In this document: piece by piece, positions 47,160 through 55,673 of the stretch
Numbering within the stretch: position 1 is the first letter of the stretch
How the letters are laid out: each line of letters starts with the position of its first letter
Virus record (IMG/VR): IMGVR_UViG_3300020185_000014
Coordinates: 32,001 to 96,000 of that record
Direction: 5' to 3' (one strand)
Source of the DNA: a virus
DNA: 64,000 nt
Made by a program: the position numbers and the translations under genes
The notes under the pieces: model-generated
The model's database searches: none
Told to the model about the DNA's origin: nothing
What the model saw: the letters and a program-made list of their open reading frames with translations, nothing else

Positions 47160-48049
47160 TCGTCCGCTGCTAACTTGGCGAAGTATGACATGGTATCATC
47201 ATCATCTACGACAGGCGCTTCGGCAATAACTCGTTGAGTCGATTGTTTTTGAACTGGCGCAACTTCCGTTGTATCCATAGCAACTTCTTGCTTGGCGGTA
47301 CGCGGTGCTGCATCTCCTAAGACCATTGCTAGTCTAGCAGAGAGTTCTTCATAAGTCTTGAAGTTTGACGCTTCGGTGAACTCAGTTAAATCATAGAGAG
47401 ACTCATAGATTTGCTCTAGTTCATCGTCGTCTTGCGATAAGACTGAAGGGGTAGAGAATTCTGACTTGTCATAGTTTCGGTATCCTTCGACTTTACGAAT
47501 CTTCAGTTTGAAGGACGCGCCTTCCCAAAAATCGAAAGGGTTGATAGGATCCTCGTCAGCAAATTGAGGTTGCATAACGTCCATGACTTTGTCAAAGATT
47601 TTCTTACCAAACGTGTAGAGAAAAACCTTACCTTCGTTGTCAGGGTTTCCTGAGTCTTGCTCAACAACAATGTTAGCAACATAGTGGAGTCGACGCTTGC
47701 GTTCTCGAGCGATCGCGCGCATTTCGTCACTTTCGGTTGCCCAAAGTTTAGAGTTCATTTCAGAAACAGGATCCTGTTGACCAATGGAAGTCAAAGACTT
47801 CTCAATATACCATTGACCGGTTGGACCTTTGAACCCATGATCCCAATACTTCACCCACGGCAGTTCATTACCGGATGGAGCAGGGAGAAAGCGAATAACG
47901 GCATAACCGTTACCTGCTTTATCTACGGTAGGTTTCCACTGACGATCATCAACGTAAGACTTCTTCTCAGTCGAGGATGTTGTATCAGCGGCAGCAATCA
48001 TCTTACTGATTGCGCTTTTGCGGTTCTTCTTAAGTGTAGCAAATGACAT
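47156..48049 (-). CDS. gp32: Single-stranded DNA-binding protein
   Basis: D.R.WKPT.DKAGNGYAVIRFLP, HGF.GP.G.WYIE.SLT, GKKIFDK, FDFWEGA.FKLK, acidic tail. Confidence 0.97.
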   Translation of the reverse strand: MSFATLKKNRKSAISKMIAAADTTSSTEKKSYVDDRQWKPTVDKAGNGYAVIRFLPAPSGNELPWVKYWDHGFKGPTGQWYIEKSLTSIGQQDPVSEMNSKLWATESDEMRAIARERKRRLHYVANIVVEQDSGNPDNEGKVFLYTFGKKIFDKVMDVMQPQFADEDPINPFDFWEGASFKLKIRKVEGYRNYDKSEFSTPSVLSQDDDELEQIYESLYDLTEFTEASNFKTYEELSARLAMVLGDAAPRTAKQEVAMDTTEVAPVQKQSTQRVIAEAPVVDDDDTMSYFAKLAADD

Positions 48050-48114
48050 AGTATTTCCTTGTATGTACAGAGTATTTTAGTTTGTCCACAATATATTCAT
48101 AATGTATGAGATAT

Positions 48115-48143
48115 ATATTACTAAACTTTTTCGCCAATGTCAA
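48115..48143 (-). promoter_or_regulatory. Sigma70-type promoter for gp32 (TTGACA-17-TAATAT)
   Basis: Perfect -35, 17-bp spacer. Confidence 0.7.
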
Positions 48144-48370
48144 ATCGGCAGTTTATTTGATCGAGGTAGATAATTAAGATCCATCGCTTCAACCTCAACC
48201 TTGTTCGTGATCGCTTCGTTCAGGTATTTTTTGATATCCTGGACTTCGAGCGAATTCTTTTCACAGATTAAAATAATTGCATCCATGTACGGTATTCCTT
48301 TAATCCGTACAGTCTCTTCAATCATCTTACTGAACTTCTTCTTGGTTAACATCAACCCATCAAGTTTCAT
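48140..48370 (-). CDS. gp33: Late transcription coactivator; start revised
   Basis: FS..IE......YMDAI...CE...E......L...K.EVEA..LNYL; GGAG RBS before ATG 48370. Confidence 0.85.
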   Translation of the reverse strand: MKLDGLMLTKKKFSKMIEETVRIKGIPYMDAIILICEKNSLEVQDIKKYLNEAITNKVEVEAMDLNYLPRSNKLPI

Positions 48371-48854
48371 TAGATTCTCCATATACGCCAATGTCTGGAT
48401 ACCAAACACCATGCGATCGTTTAACATTACCTTCGGCATCGAAGACTGGAACAACACTAACGAATTTAATTTTGTGCTGCATATTTTCACCATAATACAT
48501 ATCATTCCAAACACCGGTGGTTAGGTATGATTGCATATTTTTAATATAATTATCAGCAATCTGGTACTCGAGTCGCTGTTTCCAATCTTTTGATTCGCGG
48601 AAGATTTTCATCCCAAGGCGTTTCTCTTGCCAAGTCTTAATCCACATTTTTACTTTGTTTGGATTGAGATAATGTTCTTCGTCGAGATCTCTAATAGTTT
48701 CGTGCACAGAAAGATTCTTCGCCGGACCTTTCGCTTCGCGCGCTTTCCGTAACCGCTCTCCTGCAGCAAGTTTCTGCTCAGGGGTCATAGGTTTGCGTTT
48801 GCGTTTGATCTTAGTCCGTTCAAACTTTTCGGGTTCTTGATATTTTTTATTCAT
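48360..48854 (-). CDS. Conserved hypothetical basic protein; start revised to MNKKY
   Basis: RKPMTPEQK.A..ERL.KARE; YL.TG.W...YGE. Confidence 0.65.
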   Translation of the reverse strand: MNKKYQEPEKFERTKIKRKRKPMTPEQKLAAGERLRKAREAKGPAKNLSVHETIRDLDEEHYLNPNKVKMWIKTWQEKRLGMKIFRESKDWKQRLEYQIADNYIKNMQSYLTTGVWNDMYYGENMQHKIKFVSVVPVFDAEGNVKRSHGVWYPDIGVYGESNET

Positions 48855-49659
48855 GACGAATACCGTTATTAATTTCAACAATAGAGTCAAGGATCTTAAC
48901 TTGACGGTCAAGGCGCTGAGCGACCGCACGCAGCGCGTTCACGTCTTTGGGTAGACAATGTCCGCCGAACCCAAAGTTGCCGTCAGGTCCAGGCACCTGA
49001 GTGTGAGAGCGACCAATTCGGGAATCGATAGTGATAGCGTCGATCATTTGATCGTAACCATCGAAACCGCACGCATTGAAAAGTGCATGCATTTCATTAA
49101 AGAACGTCACCTTGGTCGCTAAGAAACAATTCTCAACATATTTCGAGAACGATGCTTGATCCAACGAGCAATACTTAACTTCGCTGAGCTGTCGCAAGAC
49201 TGGGCGAAACAACTCATCCCAGAATCTACAATCATCCCCACCAAAGATCGCGAATGTCTGATTACGAAATTCTTCTGTCGGGTTACGGTTTATGTTAGAA
49301 CCACCAAGAAATTCTGGTGAGTATGTGATACTAAAATTATTGTCGCTATGAATCTTACTTAACCAAACAGGATCAACAGCGCTCTTAATTAGAAATTTGA
49401 TATTTTTAATTCTACCGTATTTCTTAAAGATATCATCGACGTTATCAGTAACGCACGACCCGTCGTCTGGGTTCGCAGGTGTAGCAACACAAACAATAAC
49501 CGCATCGGGTGGCGAAGTTGCGAAATGCGGAGTATATTTGTGACCCTTAAACGGATCGTCAATAAACAGGGAATCGCGGACGCTCGCCGACGAATGCTCA
49601 CTAAGCGCGCCGTGAATCGCTTCGCCGACGGGTCCATATCCAGCAATAACTATTTTCAT
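48847..49659 (-). CDS. UDP-glucose/GDP-mannose dehydrogenase-like protein lacking the C-terminal domain
   Basis: GYGPVG, VCVATP, IKS, YSPEFL, KY..N.FLA.KV.F.NE, GFGGHCLPKD. Confidence 0.85.
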   Translation of the reverse strand: MKIVIAGYGPVGEAIHGALSEHSSASVRDSLFIDDPFKGHKYTPHFATSPPDAVIVCVATPANPDDGSCVTDNVDDIFKKYGRIKNIKFLIKSAVDPVWLSKIHSDNNFSITYSPEFLGGSNINRNPTEEFRNQTFAIFGGDDCRFWDELFRPVLRQLSEVKYCSLDQASFSKYVENCFLATKVTFFNEMHALFNACGFDGYDQMIDAITIDSRIGRSHTQVPGPDGNFGFGGHCLPKDVNALRAVAQRLDRQVKILDSIVEINNGIRHE

Positions 49660-49685
49660 TTTAGGAACTCTCTATATAATATATT

Positions 49686-49714
49686 ATTGTAACTTATTAG
49701 GTTTTAAATGTCAA
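49686..49714 (-). promoter_or_regulatory. Sigma70-type promoter (TTGACA-17-TACAAT)
   Basis: Near-consensus; the -35 overlaps the ATG of the divergent gene. Confidence 0.75.
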
Positions 49715-49971
49715 ACGAAATATTTGATTTTGGATTTACCGCAGTCAACGAAGATGAGTTGGACGCGGTTCAGAGGGCATCGAAAGAGGCAGAATTAAAT
49801 TATGAGTCGGCGGATAAGTCGCAATCAAAACTCAATGATTTATATAATGCGATACAACCACTCTTGACCAACCTCAAATTGAACCCCGAGAAAGATTATA
49901 TCTATTGGCCTGATAGGTTAACAAAGGTCGAATCTTTCGAAGAATATATATTAGAAATCTACACCAAGTAG
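49708..49971 (+). CDS. Conserved hypothetical T4-like protein
   Basis: FDFGFTAV.EDEL..PLL.NL..NPEK.YIYWP.R. Confidence 0.75.
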   Translation: MSNEIFDFGFTAVNEDELDAVQRASKEAELNYESADKSQSKLNDLYNAIQPLLTNLKLNPEKDYIYWPDRLTKVESFEEYILEIYTK

Positions 49972-50235
49972 ACATACGTTTTCGGCATAGTTATCTGCAT
50001 CAATTTCTCTAGAGAATGATTCTGATGTTTTCACACGCCGTTCCTTCTCGTATATCTCAACAAGAAATCCATCATCGGTGAGGCAAACAATTGCCTCGAT
50101 GGGTTCTTCTCTATGAAAGTGCCGCGATATCTCTACGCGTGTTTTCTTGTTTCCGAATGCCCTATCCCAGTTGCTAGAAAACTTATCACTTTCCACACTG
50201 GTGGGTCTGCGAGACGACCCCTTACCATTCACCAC
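49951..50235 (-). CDS. Hypothetical protein
   Basis: GKGS.RRP..F..NWD..F; AAGGAG RBS. Confidence 0.6.
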   Translation of the reverse strand: MVNGKGSSRRPTSVESDKFSSNWDRAFGNKKTRVEISRHFHREEPIEAIVCLTDDGFLVEIYEKERRVKTSESFSREIDADNYAENVCLLGVDF

Positions 50236-50791
50236 GAGTTTGCTCCTTCCACCAATCAGGTGCGCCGCGATTAGTCCATTTCGACAGCGACTGTTTTGCT
50301 TCTAGGTAATAATTCCTATAAGACGCGACTGAATCGCCCTCAACAATGCATTGTGGGTATTGCTTCATCGCTGGCGTGGGTTGAGTAAACTTTTTGGTTG
50401 TGTCGATATGCATCGGAGGATAGCGCAAGATATCTTCTAGTTTTCTAACAGACTCGTGTTTGCGTCCATATCGATGAGTGTATTCCAAACCTAATTGGAT
50501 CCACAGTTTATACAACCACATGTAATTCGCATGCGATTCTCTGACCCAAAGCGCGGAAGGGTGTGAAACATGACACGCCAAGTACACCTCGCGGTTCATA
50601 TATGGGTCTTCAAGATACCACCGTTTTACATTTCTTCCTGTCGCCGTTTGACCAATCCACATAGTCCCGTCACAAATCCGATGAGCGGTGGATAGCAATT
50701 GCGCATACTCAACACACATTTTACTCGAGTGAGAATCGTTGTGATGTTGTGCGCAGGTCGTCGGGTCTTCATGAAGATAGAATATGTTCAA
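50222..50791 (-). CDS. Pyrimidine-dimer DNA glycosylase (DenV)-family-like protein
   Basis: MNIFYL..DP..CA..H.D.H..KM..E.AQLLST, H..HP...W, YR.YY. Confidence 0.75.
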   Translation of the reverse strand: MNIFYLHEDPTTCAQHHNDSHSSKMCVEYAQLLSTAHRICDGTMWIGQTATGRNVKRWYLEDPYMNREVYLACHVSHPSALWVRESHANYMWLYKLWIQLGLEYTHRYGRKHESVRKLEDILRYPPMHIDTTKKFTQPTPAMKQYPQCIVEGDSVASYRNYYLEAKQSLSKWTNRGAPDWWKEQTRGEW

Positions 50792-50793
50792 TC

Positions 50794-50952
50794 TTACTTT
50801 TCCTCAGTTTGTAAATTCGCTTGTAGTAGTGCTGCATTCCAGAAAGATTTAATTCTGCCGCGCTCACTATGTGATAGACTATTGTATAATCTTTTATCTG
50901 AAGAAGCAACCTTGTTGACCTTCCGCATAATCTTCGCTGTCTTACCGTTCAT
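50794..50952 (-). CDS. Small basic hypothetical protein (52 aa; not in the ORF track)
   Basis: MNGKTAKIMRK..; fills the gap; GGAG upstream. Confidence 0.55.
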   Translation of the reverse strand: MNGKTAKIMRKVNKVASSDKRLYNSLSHSERGRIKSFWNAALLQANLQTEEK

Positions 50953-51625
50953 TCAATAACTCCACTGCTTTAATAACGTCTGGAAAATGCACACCGAGAA
51001 TATCCCAGCACTGATCGGCGATATCCATATGCTCTTTCTGCGTCCCATGACCTCGCCTCAGTTCGCAATAATGGACCCAAGAACGTAAGGTTCCCGCCAT
51101 ATACAAAGTCGTCCCAGTGAGACCCTCCGGAAGCAGGGCGCGCGCTTGTTCTTTGGCGATACCAATATTTAACGCAATCTCGTATGCATCTTTGGAAGAC
51201 TTCGAAAGTTCTGCTTGTAGTTCAGTAAATACTTCTTGCGCTTTTTTCTGTTTAATCGGATCCTCGTCAACCATACTTAATTGACGATTGGTCGGATGCT
51301 GTTTCCTCGCTTCACGGTTTACGTGAAACGTTTCGCTGACAGCATATCTCTGAGAGAATTCTTGAAACGAAAACGAACGATGCCGAAGAATCTGTCGAGC
51401 AATATCTCGAGTTGTTTTAATTTCCATGGTCACAGATACCATCTCGAATGGAGACCAGTGTGATTCCCTGATCAAATAAGAGATAAGTTTTGATGCTGTT
51501 TTAGTATTGTTTTGATTGTTAGGATTACTGACCCTCGCCGCATGAGCGATTAAATCGTTTGCCGTATGACAACCAGTAATCGCTGACGGCGATGACATAG
51601 AGATCAAACTTACATTATGAGTCAT
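50942..51625 (-). CDS. thyX: Flavin-dependent thymidylate synthase; start revised to MTHNV
   Basis: HWSPFE, RQILRHRSFSFQEFSQRY, KEQAR.LP, TQKEH. Confidence 0.96.
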   Translation of the reverse strand: MTHNVSLISMSSPSAITGCHTANDLIAHAARVSNPNNQNNTKTASKLISYLIRESHWSPFEMVSVTMEIKTTRDIARQILRHRSFSFQEFSQRYAVSETFHVNREARKQHPTNRQLSMVDEDPIKQKKAQEVFTELQAELSKSSKDAYEIALNIGIAKEQARALLPEGLTGTTLYMAGTLRSWVHYCELRRGHGTQKEHMDIADQCWDILGVHFPDVIKAVELLNER

Positions 51626-51806
51626 ATGCGCCCTCCATATAGGTTCCCGCAACAGAATAGTATGCAATTACAGTATGCAACGCTGAGATCAACGCTCGGT
51701 CTTGTAATTCTTCGGGATCTTCACTTAACATTAACACTTGAGACTTCAAGTCTTGCGCGACGATATCGTCAGCACATTCATCTTTAAAGATATCACGATA
51801 TATCAT
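51615..51806 (-). CDS. Small hypothetical protein
   Basis: 63-aa ORF with AAGGA RBS between tRNAs and thyX. Confidence 0.6.
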   Translation of the reverse strand: MIYRDIFKDECADDIVAQDLKSQVLMLSEDPEELQDRALISALHTVIAYYSVAGTYMEGAYDS

Positions 51807-51832
51807 TCACAACTTCCTTTCATAAAATATTG

Positions 51833-51906
51833 CTGGCGTGGTTGGGATCGAACCAACGACCGCCTGATTAACAGTCAGGAGCTACTACCGTCTGAGCTAC
51901 ACGCCA
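51833..51906 (-). tRNA. tRNA-Asn (GTT); 3' end reads CAA rather than CCA
   Basis: Acceptor TGGCGTG/CACGCCA, anticodon arm CCTGA-CTGTTAA-TCAGG, T-arm GTTGG-TTCGATC-CCAAC. Confidence 0.9.
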
Positions 51907-51914
51907 ATACAAAA

Positions 51915-51990
51915 TGGTGCCGCCACCAAGAGTCGAACTCGGGACCTACTGATTACAAATCAGTTGCTCTACCAACTGAGCTATGACGGC
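51915..51990 (-). tRNA. tRNA-Thr (TGT), CCA encoded
   Basis: Canonical cloverleaf; ACTGA-TTTGTAA-TCAGT. Confidence 0.95.
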
Positions 51991-52006
51991 AAAATTTTTT
52001 TCAAAT

Positions 52007-52095
52007 TTGATAGTCGCCCCCAGGAAACATTGAGAGTGAAACCCCCGCGCTATCAATGAGCACCTACTCGGTGGAATTGTGCTCTTTCCTCTTTG
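52007..52095 (-). ncRNA. Candidate small structured RNA between tRNA-Ser and tRNA-Thr
   Basis: GC-rich, ORF-free; stems GAGCAC/GTGCTC and TTGATAG-CGC/GCG-CTATCAA; directly behind a late promoter. Confidence 0.4.
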
Positions 52096-52101
52096 TGTTA
52101 T

Positions 52102-52109
52102 TATTTATA
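52102..52109 (-). promoter_or_regulatory. T4-type late promoter TATAAATA inside the tRNA cluster
   Basis: Exact consensus. Confidence 0.75.
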
Positions 52110-52119
52110 AAACTAGAAT

Positions 52120-52210
52120 TGGCGGAAGATGAAGGATTCGAACCTTCGATACCCTATTAAGGTATGCTGGTTTTCAAGACCAGTGCATTCAACCACTCTG
52201 CCAATCTTCC
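52120..52210 (-). tRNA. tRNA-Ser (TGA) with long variable arm, CCA encoded
   Basis: GGAAGAT/ATCTTCC acceptor, CTGGT-CTTGAAA-ACCAG, G discriminator. Confidence 0.95.
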
Positions 52211-52239
52211 TACTCGTTTATATAGTAAACCACTATCCT

Positions 52240-52395
52240 CTATAGAATAACAACGAAACCAACAATTAAAACAAAAATGCTAACGATCGCGGCAACTTCG
52301 CCGGCAATCTGCAGCGCGTCATGCTCGGGAGCAACAGGCGCTGCAGTCTTTTTGTAGATAGAACCAACAGCGTGACTTGATTGAACTTGATACAT
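52240..52395 (-). CDS. Small early membrane protein (51 aa; not in the ORF track)
   Basis: MYQVQ..VAAIVSIFVLIVGFVVIL; TAAGGA RBS; own promoter. Confidence 0.65.
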   Translation of the reverse strand: MYQVQSSHAVGSIYKKTAAPVAPEHDALQIAGEVAAIVSIFVLIVGFVVIL

Positions 52396-52424
52396 TTCGA
52401 TTCCTTATTGTCAATAACAGAGTT

Positions 52425-52470
52425 ATTATGCGCCTTTTTAAACAAAATGTAAAGCGCTAAGTCCTTGATT
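52425..52470 (-). promoter_or_regulatory. Early promoter TTTACA-17-CATAAT with upstream IHF-like box
   Basis: AATCAAGGACTTA-GCGC-TTTACA; paired with the 52889 promoter. Confidence 0.8.
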
Positions 52471-52857
52471 CTACGCGATTAATTTAGTGACTCGTTCGTG
52501 TAGCGCTTGAAGTCGCTCGTTCATATCTTCCATATCAAGGTCCATTTTAACCTTGGTGAACCCTTCATGGTCAACCATATAGAACGCAGGGTTTGCTTGA
52601 TCAAATACCATATCGCCGATCGAAAGAGAACGCGCTTGTTTGCGGAGCGTCACACGCTCAGAGTCATTTCTCCAACCGTCGCGGTTCATCCAATGAAATA
52701 CCATTTCTATGGTGTCGGACTCAATTTCAGCGACGATTTCAAACATGTCGATCATTTCGCTCTTATATGCTTCTGAACCGAAACACATCAGGTCGCGTAC
52801 CACTGGCAGGTTAGCGTCATCGCGATCGTTGATTTGGTAGATAGTGAACTTAGACAT
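52471..52857 (-). CDS. YodL-like early protein
   Basis: FTIYQI..VF...N..RSLSIGDMV..YMVD..GF. Confidence 0.6.
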   Translation of the reverse strand: MSKFTIYQINDRDDANLPVVRDLMCFGSEAYKSEMIDMFEIVAEIESDTIEMVFHWMNRDGWRNDSERVTLRKQARSLSIGDMVFDQANPAFYMVDHEGFTKVKMDLDMEDMNERLQALHERVTKLIA

Positions 52858-52888
52858 ATTTCTTTCTCTTTATTTAATTTATGAGACT

Positions 52889-52934
52889 ATTATGACCTAA
52901 TACCAGGAAAATGTAAAGCGCTAAGTTATTGTTT
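52889..52934 (-). promoter_or_regulatory. Early promoter TTTACA-17-CATAAT with upstream IHF-like box
   Basis: Shares ACTTAGCGCTTTACATTTT (19 nt) with the 52425 promoter. Confidence 0.8.
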
Positions 52935-53612
52935 TTGTTCGTATTTTTTGATAGTGTTTAGCAACATCTCAGTCCAATTATCTCGGTGTTCGATGAATAC
53001 TTGAGGGTCTGCGTCATCTACTGCAATGATAGTGACGAGTTGGGTGATGGGCATGCCGGTTCGCTCTTCCCACATGATTGCATAGGCAGACTCTTGGCAG
53101 AAGTAGTTTTCAACGTATTTTCGTTGCTTTCGTTTTTTACTGGTTTTGAAATCGATGATTGATGGTATTCCATTAAATTCAGCGACACAATCAACGCGGC
53201 CAGCAACCCGTAGATGATCAGAATAGAGAGGAAGTTCTTGTCCATAAATTCGTCCAATCTTTTCATCTAAGATCTCCTTAACGTTATTGAAGTTGCCATA
53301 TATGTTTGGCATATAACCGCTGGCGAAATCCGGATCATTGTTAAGATATTTCTCAATGATTTCATGAACTGCTGTGCCTCTCGTTGCTGCGCGATAAGAA
53401 ATCTTGTCTGCTTCTGCTTCGCCGACTCTTTTTCTCCATGCTTTAATTCCTGCTTCAGAAAGAACGCTCAACACGGTTGTGATGGAAGGATATCGTTTTT
53501 TATCGGGAGTTTCGTATTTTCTGCCAGAATCGTTTGTTTCTGCAGTTAAATCTGCGTATCCGAGATCAATCGGCGCGTGCTCAAATATTACTCTTTCGTT
53601 GTTTTGCTTCAT
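52926..53612 (-). CDS. PD-(D/E)XK (Cas4/RecB-like) exonuclease
   Basis: YPSITTVL, RGT.VH, AGRVDC, IIDFKTS, Q..AYA. Confidence 0.88.
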   Translation of the reverse strand: MKQNNERVIFEHAPIDLGYADLTAETNDSGRKYETPDKKRYPSITTVLSVLSEAGIKAWRKRVGEAEADKISYRAATRGTAVHEIIEKYLNNDPDFASGYMPNIYGNFNNVKEILDEKIGRIYGQELPLYSDHLRVAGRVDCVAEFNGIPSIIDFKTSKKRKQRKYVENYFCQESAYAIMWEERTGMPITQLVTIIAVDDADPQVFIEHRDNWTEMLLNTIKKYEQKQ

Positions 53613-54390
53613 ATGCCCTTCTCTGTTTTCTATTCATTACCATCGGCGCTGGCGGTTCGCCTTGCCTGATATCTTCAGTCGGGTCTTGCTGCGCTTTGCG
53701 TCTAAGTTCTTCGGGAGACTTTCCCTTTAACCTAGCACCTCGCGCATCAAAAAGACCTTTAGTTTTTGATTCGACAGACGTATTATACGTTATTATTTTC
53801 ACATTGTCAAATCGTTCTATTTGAAGGTCATCATGAGTATGATGTAAAACAAACTGGGTATTCTTAAATTCTTTGAAGATACCTTCCCAGATAGGTCGCC
53901 AATTGCCCAGAAGGCGGTAGGTGTTATTCGCTTCTCTATCGCTGGGAAGAATGAGGTCGGTCATGCTTCTCATATTAAAGTCGAATAGTGTATCGAAACC
54001 ATAAAGATGTATTTCATCCGCGTTGTGTTTATTTGCCGCGTAATGCGCCGCCATGTGACCGCAGTTGAAATTTGTGGGGTTGCCTGCATATTTTGGAACG
54101 GTCGTATAAAACGATTTAACCTTACTGGCATATTTGAGATAGAACGCAGACTTTTCTTCCATCCAAATGCGAGGACGAGTTCCGAGAACCCAATCGTATT
54201 GATCCAATGCGATAGAACCTTCGTTAAGCGCCATCATCATTTTAAAGTCGACCATGCATGTAGCATATACCAATTTCGGGTCAATTTCGAACGGGGGCAT
54301 GTTACAAACAAGAATCGTGCCTTCCCTCTGCTCCTCATTGAATAGCGCGCTCTTGTCGCCATTTCCTAAGACGTGTACTATTTTAGACAT
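53581..54390 (-). CDS. Hypothetical protein, possibly Maf/sialyltransferase-like fold
   Basis: VLGNG..CN..I.LYGFD pattern; inside the glycan cluster. Confidence 0.45.
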   Translation of the reverse strand: MSKIVHVLGNGDKSALFNEEQREGTILVCNMPPFEIDPKLVYATCMVDFKMMMALNEGSIALDQYDWVLGTRPRIWMEEKSAFYLKYASKVKSFYTTVPKYAGNPTNFNCGHMAAHYAANKHNADEIHLYGFDTLFDFNMRSMTDLILPSDREANNTYRLLGNWRPIWEGIFKEFKNTQFVLHHTHDDLQIERFDNVKIITYNTSVESKTKGLFDARGARLKGKSPEELRRKAQQDPTEDIRQGEPPAPMVMNRKQRRAYEAKQRKSNI

Positions 54391-55042
54391 CGCTCATCAT
54401 TCCTTTGATCACTTGCTTTCCCTTCTCGCCGGTCCAGTGCATTATTAATTTGTTTGGATTATCTTGACCGTCAATTAATTGTATACGCAACCAATTGTAT
54501 ATATTGGGAAGTGTAGCAATGTGCATCAGGCGCATTAGTGGATTAATCTTAACCAGTTCGTGTAAAACCTCTTGGTCGCCCTTTGCTATACCTTTCTCGC
54601 AGCTCTCTATCCATTTATTGAGAATGTTCGGTTTTCCAATTATCCCAATCACCCCAGAGTTATGCCACGTTTCGCCTCGGCGTTTGCTCCATGGTTTATC
54701 TTCCACCATTGCAATTTTATCGACTTCTAGATATTTAAATATATTCTTTAGATCGCCAAGAACGTGACAGTCGGTATCAACCCAAATTAATTGTTTTGCA
54801 TTAATGATCTTAAGAGTGAGCGGTTTTAAAAACCACCCGTTGTTATCGCCTTTAGGGATATCGACCACATCAGCAAATAATTTAGATTCGATAATGTTTT
54901 GTTTGGTTTCTTCCGATACACCAAAGTTCGCAAACACGATAGGTGTGTCGTTGTGCTTCTTGTAATTTTCTATGAACCACGGTAACATCCATGCAGTGTT
55001 ATCGTCGCAACCTGTTACAAAACACTTATCAAATGAGTTCAT
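54383..55042 (-). CDS. GT-A glycosyltransferase (GT8/GT77-like)
   Basis: VTGCD, WVDTDC, NSGV, GDQEVL, YNW, HWTG. Confidence 0.8.
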   Translation of the reverse strand: MNSFDKCFVTGCDDNTAWMLPWFIENYKKHNDTPIVFANFGVSEETKQNIIESKLFADVVDIPKGDNNGWFLKPLTLKIINAKQLIWVDTDCHVLGDLKNIFKYLEVDKIAMVEDKPWSKRRGETWHNSGVIGIIGKPNILNKWIESCEKGIAKGDQEVLHELVKINPLMRLMHIATLPNIYNWLRIQLIDGQDNPNKLIMHWTGEKGKQVIKGMMSDV

Positions 55043-55673
55043 ACTTCTCGCCGCCGTCCCACTGATGTTTCGCTAAACAACCTTCAGTCTTTTGTATGGT
55101 TGAGAAAGAATCCTTTGCCTCTACTGGCCAAGGATAATATTCTTGCAACCAAGGAAACCTGTTAATGTTAAGGAACACGTCTGTCGGTGCCGCGTCGACC
55201 TTCGCTCTTTCTATTAAGAGTTTCGCACCAGATGGTTTTATACGATATGCATGCGCTCCAGGAAAATACGGTTTGCTGAATAATGAACTGGTTCCAAGAG
55301 ATTCCGGCAATTTGAACTTACCGTAACTGGGCGCGCCGATAGACACACAGTGCTTGTAGGAAATATATTTGGGAATTTTCGCGACAGCAATTGCATCATG
55401 TTCGAATATCTGGTATTCTTCATTATCTTCAACACACCGTTCCCAAAGAGAAAAGTGAGAAAGAAATGCAGAAATGCATTTTTCTTTGTACGAGTATACT
55501 TCTTCAAATAGATCTTCGGGCAACCCCTTGCTCTTAAGAATAGCAGTCGGGTTATCGTTCGGAGTTATCGCATCAAACATCTGTACGTCGTATTCCGGCA
55601 TAGAATTTATACACCGCTGCGCGACTTTAACCGATGGTTCGATAGATTTAATTGTAATTACAAATGATTTCAT
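55029..55673 (-). CDS. GT25-like glycosyltransferase; start revised
   Basis: FVI.I, FDAI, FLSH..LW, IFEHDA, GAHAY.I.P.GA. Confidence 0.8.
   Translation of the reverse strand: MKSFVITIKSIEPSVKVAQRCINSMPEYDVQMFDAITPNDNPTAILKSKGLPEDLFEEVYSYKEKCISAFLSHFSLWERCVEDNEEYQIFEHDAIAVAKIPKYISYKHCVSIGAPSYGKFKLPESLGTSSLFSKPYFPGAHAYRIKPSGAKLLIERAKVDAAPTDVFLNINRFPWLQEYYPWPVEAKDSFSTIQKTEGCLAKHQWDGGEKYELI

Noticed and set aside
51738-51986. 82-aa plus-strand ORF
   Set aside because: Antisense to tRNA-Asn and tRNA-Thr
52926-53612. Cas4 as a sign of a CRISPR-Cas locus
   Set aside because: Stand-alone phage PD-(D/E)XK nuclease; no four-Cys cluster, other cas genes or array
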